From Marsupella aquatica (taxonomy: Eukaryota > Plantae > Marchantiophyta): a DNA stretch of 64,000 bases. Position 1 is the first letter of the stretch. Each line of letters opens with the position of its first letter. This document shows, in pieces, positions 1 to 12,218 of this stretch. The notes under the pieces are model-generated. The model saw only the letters and a program-made list of their open reading frames with translations. It did not search any database and was not told the DNA's origin. The position numbers and the translations under genes were made by a program. The stretch lies in the NCBI GenBank assembly GCA_973895155.1, contig OZ316897.1, forward strand, positions 9,571,832 through 9,635,831, read 5' to 3'.

Positions 1-36
1 GGCAGCCTCCTCATAGCGGAGATAGGCCTTCACCAT
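1..36 (-). CDS. WDR3: 5' end of WD-repeat protein 3 / UTP12 (DIP2), small-subunit processome; runs off the window edge
   Basis: Reverse strand from ATG at 36 reads MVKAYLRYEEAA, matching the remembered plant WDR3/UTP12 N-terminus (MVKAYLRYE). It is preceded by an acceptor TGCAG and a candidate 5'UTR-intron donor GTGAGG at 296. Only 12 codons are visible. Confidence 0.75.
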   Translation of the reverse strand, partial: MVKAYLRYEEAA

Positions 37-308
37 ATCTGCAGCTCAGCTCAGCTCAGTTCACCATGCACAATGCCTCAGCAAGAACCATCATCACTGC
101 CCACCAGAAATTCCTTAGCTTGTGGGCGATCGTGGAGCTGTAGCATGAACATTCATAGAGCTCAGAAACGATGACAGGATCGTGGATGGTACTTCCTTGC
201 AGCTGCAATTCGACCTGACGCCTCGTGAGAGCACGAAGGAAATGGGAGCACAGAATAGATTGACAGCCCGGCTCAACCCGAAGAAGTTGCCCTCACCGGA
301 GCACCCTT

Positions 309-870
309 AAACCCTAAACCCAGAAACGCCCAAAACCTCCAACATTCGAGTGAGGTTCCATGAGCGGACAATCCAGGGGTAACGCACACTCCCAGGGAAT
401 CTGACTAATAAGGGTAACCTTGCCTGTAGTTCGTCCTCAGTTGTGGGGCCCTCTATTCTCCCAAAATTGTGGGGGGAAAAGCCGTGACAGACGCAACACA
501 GCAAAATAATATATGGTGCTGCTATGTGTCATTGGGCCAGCCACCTTGAATGACAAATGTTGAGTGAGTCAATTAGTCTTATTTGCGCTTCACAGGTAAG
601 GACATAGAGGGGTGCAGAGTTTTTTTTTCATTTTTATCTTGAGGGAATACTTTATTTTACTTCTAAGAGAAGTAAAACCCAATAAAGAACGTGAATAAAA
701 CAGGCCAGACCCAAAACAGGTCACAGACCAAACGCAACACCAAGACTGAACATATTCAGTCAAGGGAGGAAGGGCCAAACAGGAGAAAAAGTGAAAAGCT
801 GCAAAACGGGCCCCACCAAAAAGCAACTAAATCTAAAACAAATAATCAGCAGAACCCAGGGCCACACTCA
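309..870. promoter_or_regulatory. Telo-box (AAACCCTAA, 309-317) plus site II-like GGGCC motifs upstream of WDR3
   Basis: AAACCCTAA at 309, TGGGCC at about 533, GGGCCC/GGGCCA at about 446, 772, 808 and 860. This combination is typical of plant ribosome-biogenesis gene promoters. Confidence 0.55.
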
Positions 871-2162
871 GACAAAAGTAATAGGGAGGGACCCCATAAT
901 AGGCTACAAAGTTTCCAACCTTTGCCATTCTTGCTAATGGGGGGTTCAAGCCTGACATTCTCTGTGTATAGCATGCTGCCGGAGATTCAGTTTAGGGCCG
1001 TAAAACTGGGGGTGTGAAGTGAATGGAGGCAGCATTGGCCTCACTTCCACTTATGCTCAGAGAAAGGGTGATCAGACTGGTCCCCAAAAACACTGAAACC
1101 AACCCTATGATAGTTCATAGGGAGGCTCTCCCTTATTTACAACTGTGGAGGGCGGGGTCTTGTTTAGCAATTACAGGAGGTGGTGCTAAATGCAAGCAGT
1201 AAGTTCCATAGCTTTGTGGAACTGGTCACCAAAGAACCAACGGTGGAGATTTCCAAACCAGGTGTGGATCAAGGCTACAGCCACAACCCACATCACCAGA
1301 AATAAATAGTCTATGGGGACAAATTGGCTCATCAATCTCCATTGGCTAATAACTAAGGGGCCTGGAAATCTTATTTAATGAGATCAACTGTCCAAATCCA
1401 TCCACATGATGTCTAACCTGACACTCCATGAAAGTGATACTTAACTAAGCCAAGACATGGTTGGAGAAGTATGGACAACCTAGTAATGAGTGGATGCGGT
1501 AGACAAGGGAGAGACTCTGCGATTGTTGACCCAAGATATGCTTTGATCAGTATGGACAAGATTAAGATTTTGGCAACTACAGTATATAACCAAGACATGG
1601 TTAGATAAGTATGGACAAACTAATAATGATTGGATAAGAGAAAGACTAAACTACATTGTTTGTGCTATTGGCATGGGTATGAGAAAACTCCTAAAAATAA
1701 GAGAGTATTTTCCTCTAATATAGTACAAGTGTTTCACAAAGAGAAACTAATGCAGATGTACGCATTGAAAATTTCAAAGGGCAAATAGAAAGATAGTGAG
1801 GGTTGAGGTATTATTTTCTAGGGTTATGGGTACACCCAGGTTCCATGGAGAATCCTGTTTCGGCCACTGCTTTTCAAGTATATACAGAAAATTCGTGTAT
1901 AATATAATCCAGACACAAATACAATATATTTTAGGGGAACGGCCTGAGTGTAAGCTGCACAAGTAGCTTGTGAAGCAGGATAATGCCAGTGTTTATATTT
2001 GTATTTTATTTATATAATTCTTACACTACTACAAGCACATGAGGTTTGGAACATGATCATGTTGCATCCACAAGCAGGCCCTGTTGCCATATTAGAACCG
2101 AAATGGAGCAGGACTATCTAGCCGGGTATTTAGAACTTGAAACCTGCTGATCACAACTCACC

Positions 2163-2268
2163 TGGCCACTTGAGTCCGACCACCATCCCCCACTCAAGTA
2201 TTATACAAAGTAAAGATGGCCACTTGAGTCCCACCACCGTGCCCCCCTCAACTGCTTTACAAAAAGAA
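2163..2268. repeat. 54-bp tandem duplication
   Basis: tggccacttgagtcc(g/c)accacc... begins at 2163 and again at 2217. Confidence 0.75.
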
Positions 2269-4735
2269 TATATACTGTTGTTTAGAATATCTCAATATGT
2301 GTGTGACTCAGTGGGAAACTGGGGATGGGGGACATGACTTATATCCTCTTTTATTACCCTTCTTCAGCAACCATTCATCCATCCACCATGCCCCACTCAA
2401 GTGGTTTACCAATAGAAAATTCATGCTCTGGTTTAGGGGGGCCTTTACAAGAACTCGAGACTATATTTTACTATGTGCAAGATGCAATCTAGCCATTGTG
2501 GGAAGTGGGCAAGACTTCACTTTGAGACATAATCTGGCAGAACCATTACCAATCCTGTCACCTGTAGTGGGCCCTTTGTGTGTACTTTTCATGCTGAAGT
2601 GGAAATAACTTAGACCACCTCTTGAGGATCTTGCATGGATTTTCTTCACACTCGACACACTTTGGCTCATGCATGTTAACTTTAATGTATGCAGTGGATC
2701 TCACGTTTGCAATGGGCGTACACGCATTTTAACTTTAGTGTATCCAATCCAATAAACCTAACGTCTGCAATAGTTGAAGAGTGATGGTTTGTGCCCAACA
2801 AGTTCCTTGTAAAGCCCCAATTAACGGTCCCACAATGTGTGTGTCTCGGGAAGTGGGGCTATGGGGGTAGGGCTTTATCCTCTTATTATTACCCTCCCTC
2901 CATTCATCCATACCCCACCAATGTTGCTTTGACACAACAACTTCCACGCCATTGCGTGCGTACTCCCTTCCACGCTTCCCTGTCCCTTTTCCCTCCTCAT
3001 CGGTCGGATGTCCTCTCTTCCCGTCGTGTCCTGTCCATCCGTCCGTCCCTTCCTTCCGTCTGTCCAGCAGTCCACAAGTTAGTCCGCAGTACATTCGACG
3101 GTCCGTCTTTCTCTCCATCGGTTCCTCGTGTTCTCCCTGGCGTCGTCGAGGCGCTTACACTCCTTTACAATTTACACTTCACGCTTTACGCTTTACGCTT
3201 TGGAGTTTGTAGTAAGCTTAGTAAGTAGTGTAGAGTGTTTTGTTACTTCGCGTGGTTTTCTTTCTGTCGTGATTCCATCGTTTCTCTGTCTCTCGCGCTC
3301 TCTGTTCCTCTAGAGGAGTGTAGTGTTATCGATCGATCCCCTGTTTTTTACACGGCCTCGTATGCTTCTCGTCCTCTGTTCCACTCTTTCTGCTTTCCGG
3401 CTCTCGCGCTCGTACAGGCTCAGTGATCGGCAACAGTAGTAATAAGTTGTAGGTACCATTTCCGTCCTTCCGTCTTTGCAATCAAGTGAAATTGTCGAGC
3501 ACAGAAACCCGCATCTTCCAAACGAAGCCCCGCTGCTGCTCTTGCTCTGGTCTTTCCTTCCATGTTTCATTCACCAGCCGTCTGTTTGCGTGCTTTGCGG
3601 CTGTCCCGTTCGTACTTTTGGCTGACTGATCGGCGGAATTATAGTTATAGTACGTCCTGAATCCTCCTCCACTCGTCGGACGAAATTTCTCATCATTGCG
3701 AGGAGTTCTGGAACTGACCCTGCTCTTTCAAACGATCATCCCCCTCGCGCTCTCGTCCCCTTGCTTCCCTTTTCTTCCATCGGTTTGCTTGCGTGCCCTT
3801 CCTTTCCCCCTGCCCCCTCGCTCTCGCCTCCCCGTCGGTGCGTGTTGGTCGTGTCGTGTCAACTTCTTCATAGTTTTTGGGCGGAAAAACGACCTCGCTC
3901 ACCTCTCTGTCGGTCTGTTTCTGATTTCCTCTCTTGCTCTCTTTCCGTCAGTTTGTGGTCTATCTGTTCGTGTATCTGGCCTTCGATTTTACTCTTTTGT
4001 GTTCTTTCTCGAGGGTTGTTCGGCTCTCGCCCAGGTCTCGCGCGCTTTGTCTGGCTGTCCATCTGCGGCGTGCACGCATGCATTGGAGCCCTCGTCTCGC
4101 GCCTATCTGCCTGCAGCAGCCTGCCACTTCTCGTCTGTGGGATGGTGGGGGAGGAAGGAGGAATGAATGTTGAGGTGGAGAGAACGAACGAATTTGCAGA
4201 TGAAGGAATAAATGACTGGATGAATGATTGAATGGTCGAATGAAGGGATGAATTGATGGTGTGGTATTCGACGAGAGGATTTTGCATTCCGGATTTTGGT
4301 GGGGGGCTTGGGTGTCGTCTTCCTCTTCCGTCGACCGAATCATTCTTCAGCAGGTCAGCATTCGAAGCATTATAAATAAGAGGGCGGCGGGAGGGCGATC
4401 CTGATTGAAATTCATATTGTTGAAGGACTTGGCGGTCAGGATTTAAGTGTGGTGCCTGTGCCGCGCTACAAGAAAGGAAAGGAAGGAGCGGTGAGTAGCA
4501 GGAAGGGAGCAACGAAGAAGAAGGAGCGACTTGTTGGTTCCAGAGCTGCAGCATATTTGACTGATTATCGTTCATTCAAGTTCGGCCGGCTAAAGTGGAG
4601 CGGGGAGGGCTATTGAGGTTACGGTACTTGTGGTGGTGGAGGAGGGGAGAGGAGAAGGGGTGGTGGTTGTGGGAGTGATTATTCATTGATGCCTGCGTTC
4701 CTGCTACCGGGGCGCAGAACTGTGCGCGCAGTTAG

Positions 4736-7700
4736 ATGCATGAGTGGGGGGACTCGGGGATTACTGCTGTTCTCCTGGCCATAGGGGTTGCCTTGCTGCT
4801 AAGTTTTGTGGTCACCCAGCAAGCGCGCACTCGAGCTGCGAGGTATAAAGAGATCCGTCGTCTGCAGTCTGTCGCTGCGGAGGAGTCGCGCCGAGAAGAG
4901 GAGGAGGCCCTCGCCGAGTATTCTTCCATGGTAGCAATCCGGAATCTCCCCTGTGCAGTATGCTTGAATCCCAGCACGACTCGATGTTCTCGATGCAAAG
5001 CCGTCCGATACTGGTACTACTCTTTCTGCGGCGTTTTCCAATATTATTTGTTTGCAGATGATTTTGATGTTTCGTCATCCTCTTGTGACGGTCTTTAACA
5101 CCTCCTGTCTTTCCTGATGAAGTATATTGCACATTGTTGGTCCTAAGATTGCCTGTGCCAAACTTCTGAATGGAAAATGGTCATAGTTCTCGTGGGCAGC
5201 AGTCTCTGTGCATCCAGGGTGTGCGGAACAAGTTGCAATCGTGATGAGAAATCAAATTATTGTCAGAGCAGTTGAATGGGATAGTTCCCCTTTCTCATCC
5301 TAAGATCGTCTGTGCCAAACTTCTGAATGGAAACTGGTCGTAGTTCTCGCGGGCAGCAGTCTTTGTGCATCCAGGGTTTGCAGAACGAGTTGCAATCGTG
5401 TCGAGAAATCAAATTATCGTCAGAGCAGTTGCATGGGATAGTTCCCCTTTCTCAGTAGAGAACCCACCTGCTGGCCACGGGCAATTTTCAAATCAAAAGA
5501 AGGAAGTTAGGTTGGCCTGGAAATCGGCCGGAATGCTATCTGTTGGAGATAAGAGAGTGCCAATTTCAAAGTTATCTCGCATTTCCGTCGCTTAAGTCGG
5601 AATAAATCTACAACGCTATGAACGTATTGCAAGGTTGGCCGCATGGTATCTGTGCATCGATGATAATGATAGTCCTTCCATAGGCAGGGTGTTTTGGACA
5701 GAGATGATCGCTTGCGTCATCTAAATTCCTTCACGGCCGTCGTTTCTGTTCAACGAACGCATTTTATGATTCATCGTTAAGTCTTGGTTTACGAATTCAC
5801 GCGGAAAAGTGGTTCCCCAGCCTGGTGCAAATCAAAGGAGCGACCGACGAAGTAAGGTGGATAATGCTGAGGCGTCGTATAGTATACGTTTCTTAGCTTA
5901 AACCCAAACGCACTATTTTGACATTTCTGTGGTCATGTCTGTGGCGTCACCAGCTCTTCACCATGCCAGGTGCAGCATTGGAACGACGGCCACAAGCAGG
6001 AGTGCCGGCCGCCGGAACCTGTGCCCAGTCCAGTAAGTTCGAGCAATGGCAGCAGGAATTTCTCAGATGTTTGCAGCAGCAATGAAAGTCCCCAGAGCGG
6101 GAGCGGCAGTAGAACGCTGTCAGAAGCATCTGAAGTACTAGCGGCACCAGCTGAATCGGCGAGGGCTACACCAGTGTCGAATGGAAACGGAACTCTTGTG
6201 AAACCCAAGAAGGTATGCCTCGAATAATGCAATTGATGAGTGCACTGTGGCTGCTCAAGAGTTTCTCCTTCATCTGAATTTATGATCAAGGCAGAAAAGA
6301 TTGCAATTTTATGCGTGACCTACAGATAGTATGCTACCGTCGTTGCTAGTTTTTTCAATCTGCGTACACTGCCCCCTATGCCAACTGGGGATTTGTTTTG
6401 TAGATCTCAAATTCCTTCTCGGACAAATCCAAATAGAGAATCATCCGGTCATTTGTCAGTCCAAACCCAATTGTCCGTTTGTTCTAGTAGGGAAGAATCG
6501 TCTGTTCACTCGGACTAATCCAACCAAGAATCATCCGATATTTCCACCTGTCCGGAGCAGCATCTTCCACGCATTCTGCAATGTCAAAAGTAGATTAGAT
6601 GACTGAATCATGAAGGTTAGAGAAAAGAACCTTCGATGGCAAACACTGCAGCCAAGGCCCAGGAGAAGACAGAATTGGAATGAAAATTCGAACATAAATG
6701 TCTTCGCGAAGTAAATTTGCTTTGAAAGTATCACCCAAGTTTGGAGTGTGGTAGTAGAGTCATTTCTCGATCCGCAATTCGATTGAGTATCATTTTTGCA
6801 TCCAGGGGTTTGTCTTTATACCATTACATGTGACGTTGCAGATACTGTTTCCTTATGACTACTTCGTTAAATATTTCAACTGGGAGGGGCCCAAAATACC
6901 GCCATGTGGCCTACTCAATTGTGGAAACAGGTACTCGCAGTGAACTCATTGCATCCGTCAACCCCCTTGGCCCGGTTGCTTACTATGTCTTATCTACGTT
7001 GTATACATTTCCTTTCGGTATCATAGAAACGATTGCAAATTTGGGAATACTCTTTAAATTTCTCGCCAACAGTGAAAATTCTATGTTCGAATCGGTTGTG
7101 GTGTTGCAGTAACCTTCCTGCAGTTCTTTAACTTTCCGAGGGACGCCATGTGCTAGTGCCCTAACGGCTTCGCGTTCCGGTAGTTTTTGTCAATTTAGCT
7201 GAACGAATGTGCTCGGAGCTGCTCAAGCAGTTGCTAGGTTGATACCTGCAGACTGGAGTGTTTCTGAAAAATTGCTAGGTTTTGTGTGATTCACCCTTAG
7301 GTTGTCGGGATGCTTGACGTGCTTCGTTGTGGTTCTGGTAATGTAGTTTTCACTCACGCTGGCCCTTGGTGCTCTCTTTTCCACAGCTGTTTTGCAAATG
7401 TCGTACTACAATGCCTCACTCATACAAGGCCCCTGACTGCGTATTTACTGGAAGGGACACATGGTGAAGAATGTAAGTACTGGCAAATGAACTCACTCTT
7501 TCACGTCAGGATGTCATACATGTCCGGGTTTGCTCTGTTTTCTCGGCTGAAATTATACCTTTGGGTCCGGTTTAAATGTCCACCTGGTGTCGATGGCTGA
7601 AATGCAGGCAGGAGAAGTGTGTCAGGTGACTGGTGCTTCATGTGTGAACTTCAAGATCATGTGTGGAGGGTCAAAAATCGTCAAAATCCAATCTCGCCAA

Positions 7701-10700
7701 TCAGAATACTTTCACGAATACGGAATATTGGAAATCATCTTGGATATGGGAGACAAGAGGATGCCCATGAGTTCATGAGGTGCGTTATACCTACATATAA
7801 GATTTTGAGCAGCCAGTACATTTTGCTTCATGTCTCCTTTGGGCTTAGATCTGGCAAGCTTTTGCTGGATCAGAAGCATTAAAACTCAGTTTACAGACGT
7901 AACTTCCCTCAGCCTAGTTTGTGTATGAAGTAGAGATGCTGTCAAAACTGCAGATGTAGTTTAGGGCTTTGCAACCGCGGTGACTTGGAATCTGAAACGG
8001 CGTGGCTTGTGTCTTGTCAGATTCGCAATTGATTCCATGCAATCGATTTGCCTCGATGAAGCTGGTGGAGAGAAATCAGTTGACCCATGCTCACAAGAAA
8101 CCACGTTTATTCATTACATATTTGGAGGGCATCTCCAATCCCAGGTGTGCTGGTCATCTTTTTGTTCATGTTCTCCCTTTCCTGTGATCCGCATTGTCTA
8201 TGCCCTTAACAGGTCGACGCTAGGCTCATCATCATCTATATCTGATGCTTCAATGAACTGTCCATATTCGTCATCTTGCTCTTCTCTGTGGGCAGATAAC
8301 TTAACACCCTTTCAAAGGTGAGCTTATTAATCGTCACAGAACAAAAAACAGAGGAATGACCTTTCCCTTCGCCGTTCTCCGATGGCTGCAGGTGAAGTGC
8401 ATGCAGTGTTTGCATGAGTCAAATCGATATGAGAATATGATGGACCTGGCTGTGGAGATCCAGGGGTGTGTGGAAACTCTTGAGGACGCACTGACACAGT
8501 TTACTGCCGCTGAATGGCTGGACGGTGAAAACAAGTATAAATGCGATAGGTAGGTCGCACAGATCCTCGTCCTCTCAGCTTGGCTAATGAGACTGTTGAC
8601 ACTCCCAATCCCTGGCAGAGAGGTCAAACTCCTGTTCCACCAGAGTTCTGTTTGCAAACTTATCTTGTTGATCATTTGTCGGTAAATATTTTGTTCGATA
8701 TTAAGTTAGTTTGGTTTATCCCTATTGTGCTGTTTGCAGATGTAATGCCTACGTGAAAGCCAGAAAACGACTTACTTTGCATGAGGCACCAAATATTTTG
8801 ACCATAGCCCTCAAACGGTTCCAGGTACCTTCATTCTAGACCGATAAACACGAGATATCTTTTTGATGTCAGAGTTTGTCGTTCTTCCCTGATAATTGTG
8901 GCACTGGGTATTGCGGCACGTCATTTCTCAACTGTCTCTTTACATGTGACTTGTGCTACCTTAGGCTCTGATTGACAGCTACAAGATAATGGTTTGTCTC
9001 AATCTTTACGACCTGCTGACTATTGCAGAGTGGGAAATTTGGAAAATTGAACAAGCGAGTGACCTTTCCAGAAATACTGGATGTGTCACCCTACATGAGT
9101 GGAAAGGGTGATACGCCGCCTTCATACAAGCTGTATGCTGTTGTTGTTCACGTGGACATGCTCAACGCATCATTCTTTGGGCACTATATCTGTTACGTGA
9201 AGGACTCACAAGGGGTGTGGTACAAAATTGATGACAGCAAGGCAGGGCCCTCTCTCCTACCTTTTATGTCTCTTAAATTGCCGAAGTTTGTTTGCATGCT
9301 TTGCCATCCAATGGCCCCGTTGACGCTTGGCATGACGGTTCCTGTTCATAAGGACTGATACTTAAAAGTAAATACACTTGTTGAGGAGTTTGTATCCATT
9401 CTGATTTTTAGGTTTTATTTTAGTAGTCATATCCCTGTTGTTGTGGCCTTCTGTCCTGTTATCGTTTGGGGAAAGATTCTTAGTGTTATCCTGTGGATTG
9501 CAGGTTAAAGAGGTCGACCTAGAGAAGGTGATGGCTCAAAGGGCGTACATGCTTTTTTATACAAGGTATTCTACTCAACATTTTGGAATTACCCGTTTTG
9601 TGTGGATGTTGGGTCACACACACCAAACTGTTTTCAACGTGAAAGCCATTAATGAAGCCGGCGGGCTCACAATATGACAAACCAAACCCCTCAGTTGTTA
9701 ACCAGCGTGAAAACCCTTTCAGTGATGTGGGTCTTCGTAAATTCTCTCCCAATATCTCACTCGGACGATCTGACCTGGACCTTTCTGCTGGTTTGGCAGG
9801 TCATACGCTCGCCCTCCACCGTTTACAGATGGCGCAGTTTCACCTTACCCAGTTGGAGGAGCCGTTGATGTGGGGAATATTGTTTCAGATAGACACGGAG
9901 GTTTAAAAGTCTTTCCTTCAACCCACTACCTTGGAAATGAAGAGATGCTGGGAAGTGGTGGAGATCAAGGACTTCATGCTATGGTCGACTTTAATCAACT
10001 GGTAGACTACGTTGATAGAAGTCCAGAAACACAAACAGTTTCAGAGCTCTTGCTTTCAAATGGAGAAATGACTACGCTACAGCCAAGCTCATGGGATACG
10101 GCAAGAATTCGCTCAAATGATGACGAAATCGAATTAGAGGATGCTGGGTGCATTGCCAGTAGTTCCAGTATCACTCAGACATCCTCTTACATGTCTAGCT
10201 TTACGAGTAACCAGGGACTTTGGATTCCAACCGAAGGATTTGTTTGCCAAGTTCCCGCATCAGATAGGGTAGAAGAGACAGAGTTTGCTGCATATGACCC
10301 AAAGTCATCCTTGCCCGATGACTTTTCGGAGGTGAGCCTCCAGCCATGCAATGTAGAACAGCCTTGCAATTCTAAAATAGGAAAACGGAGACTGGAAGAC
10401 GGCCTCTCTCCTCTTCCTTCACCCAAACCCCTTGATACTGATCAGTTGCCAGCATGGCCCTTAGGCGGTCAAGGAAGATCAAATGCTTGCGCACCATCTG
10501 TTCCTCAATCGTCCGGAATTCCAAGTAGTTGTTCTATATCAGATGAGTTACAACCTTCGCTACTGAACTACGAATCAGATATAACCGGCCAATCGTTGTC
10601 GGCAGGGGCCATCTCAGTGCAGCAGAGGGCATCCAGTGACCTAGTCTTTCTCCCCATAGCAGGAGAAAGCAGTTTGGAAACAGAAAGCACTTATCAGCAG

Positions 10701-12218
10701 AGGGCATCCAGTGACCTAGGTTTTCTCCCCATCCCAGGAGAGTGCAGTTTGGAACCAGAAAGCACTTTTCAGATTGTGGCCGAGACCGCCGGCTCAGGAG
10801 ATGAGGAAATTGCTGCTCGGGCCAAACGGCAGCACGTCGAAATTAACCGAGTAGTGGATCCGATAAGTGGAGTCCAGTGGCGAGGTGAGGTCGTGCAGGC
10901 AATAGAGCAATCAAAGTCGTCCGATTTAGGAGGGAGTGATATGGATTGGGATGCAACAATTCAGCAGCCAGGATCTCTTACATCGGAACCCATCTCTGGA
11001 CCTGTTGCCGATCCACGTGAGGAAGGTCCTTCTGCATGTACTAGCAAGCCCCCGTCGGATGGGGAGGTAGTTTTGAACCAGCAAATATCCTTTCACAGTC
11101 CCGTTCCTTTCAAATCTGAAGGTTCGGGAAGTCCATCGCAAGGAGAAATTGACGAGATTCAGGAAGCACATGAGGCTACAGTTATGACATCAGAAGGCTC
11201 AGAGTGTCTCCAGCGAGTCTCCCAAGTTCACAGTGGGTTGCAAGAGGATGTCGCGGGGGCTGTACCATGCCTCCCAGACGTGATTGCGCAGACTCGGGCG
11301 TCTCAATCAGTAGACCAGATTATTTTGGAACAGGGCAACATCAATCAAGAGTCTTATGCAACTCATCCTGAAGAATCCAATTCTACCACAGATACGCCGG
11401 CTAGAACGGTGCAGGCTGATAATGGTTCAGTCACGCGGTCAAATGTCCTAGCTCACGAAGGTGTAGATCAGCCACAGCCTGGGAAATTGCAGAAAAGTAA
11501 GTCAACATCCAAACCTCTTTTCGCTCCCGGGTTCTTAAATAAAGCTCGACCTCCTGTCGAATCTAAACTCAAGTCAAGCTCCACCACATCAAGCAAAGCA
11601 TCCGCCGTGGAGAGCGGACAAATAGATGCAGAAGGCCAGGTTGATGAAAATTCAGCTGCAAATGGCCATAATTGTTCTTCAAACGAGGAAACCCATGCAA
11701 GAGACATAAGGGTTGTCTCTGAAGTTGATCAGGTTCGGCCTTCAGAAGGAGTATCTCTCGCAGTTGTCAACAATGATGCACCAACAGCTCCAATTGGTGA
11801 AGTATCTGGCTGTGGGAACTGTATGAATTGCGAAGGATGTAACCCGGCTCACTTCGATAGTCAGATTGAGAACGGCCGCCAAACAGAGGGCGGTGCAGCA
11901 CCTGATATGAAAAACAAAAGCCTTGCAAAGAATGGTTCAAAAACTGACCATGGATCGGCTTCTGGCAAGGCAACAAAGCAGAATGCGGGTGCCAATGCCA
12001 ACGGATCGTCCCTCACTCCTGCCCGGGTTAATATTGCTGAACCATCAGCGGAACCAGTCAGTGAGGCAATACCAGGTCCAGGTCGACCAGCAAATGTGAA
12101 GCAAAAGCAAGGTCGAAATGAGACCTGTAACTGTGGCTCTCAGCGGAAGTGGAAAAAGTGTTGTGGTAAGATGGGTGTGATAAAGCCTGAAGTAGGTAGA
12201 CGGCGCCTGGTCGTCTAA
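4736..12218 (+). CDS. Ubiquitin-specific protease of the UBP15-19 group: N-terminal TM helix, MYND finger, USP domain, about 800-aa low-complexity tail ending in a SEC-C motif
   Basis: Eleven exons: 4736-5013, 5954-6212, 6842-6930, 7387-7472, 7608-7779, 8021-8144, 8392-8549, 8740-8824, 9029-9241, 9504-9565, 9800-12218. Motifs: [33 protein letters not shown]; Cys box [18 protein letters not shown]; QEDAHEF; His box [15 protein letters not shown]; AYMLFY. Frame is preserved across all junctions. Confidence 0.93.
5141..5454. repeat. 157-bp tandem duplication in UBP intron 1
   Basis: tcctaagat..ctgtgccaaacttctgaatgg...gatagttcccctttctca begins at 5141 and again at 5298. Confidence 0.9.

Noticed and set aside
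1020-1400. Possible LINE RT trace (VIRLVPK)
   Set aside because: A single short motif, too degenerate to support a call.
3693-4575. Several overlapping 70-235-aa ORFs on both strands
   Set aside because: They arise from CT/GA-biased leader-like sequence and show no recognisable domains.
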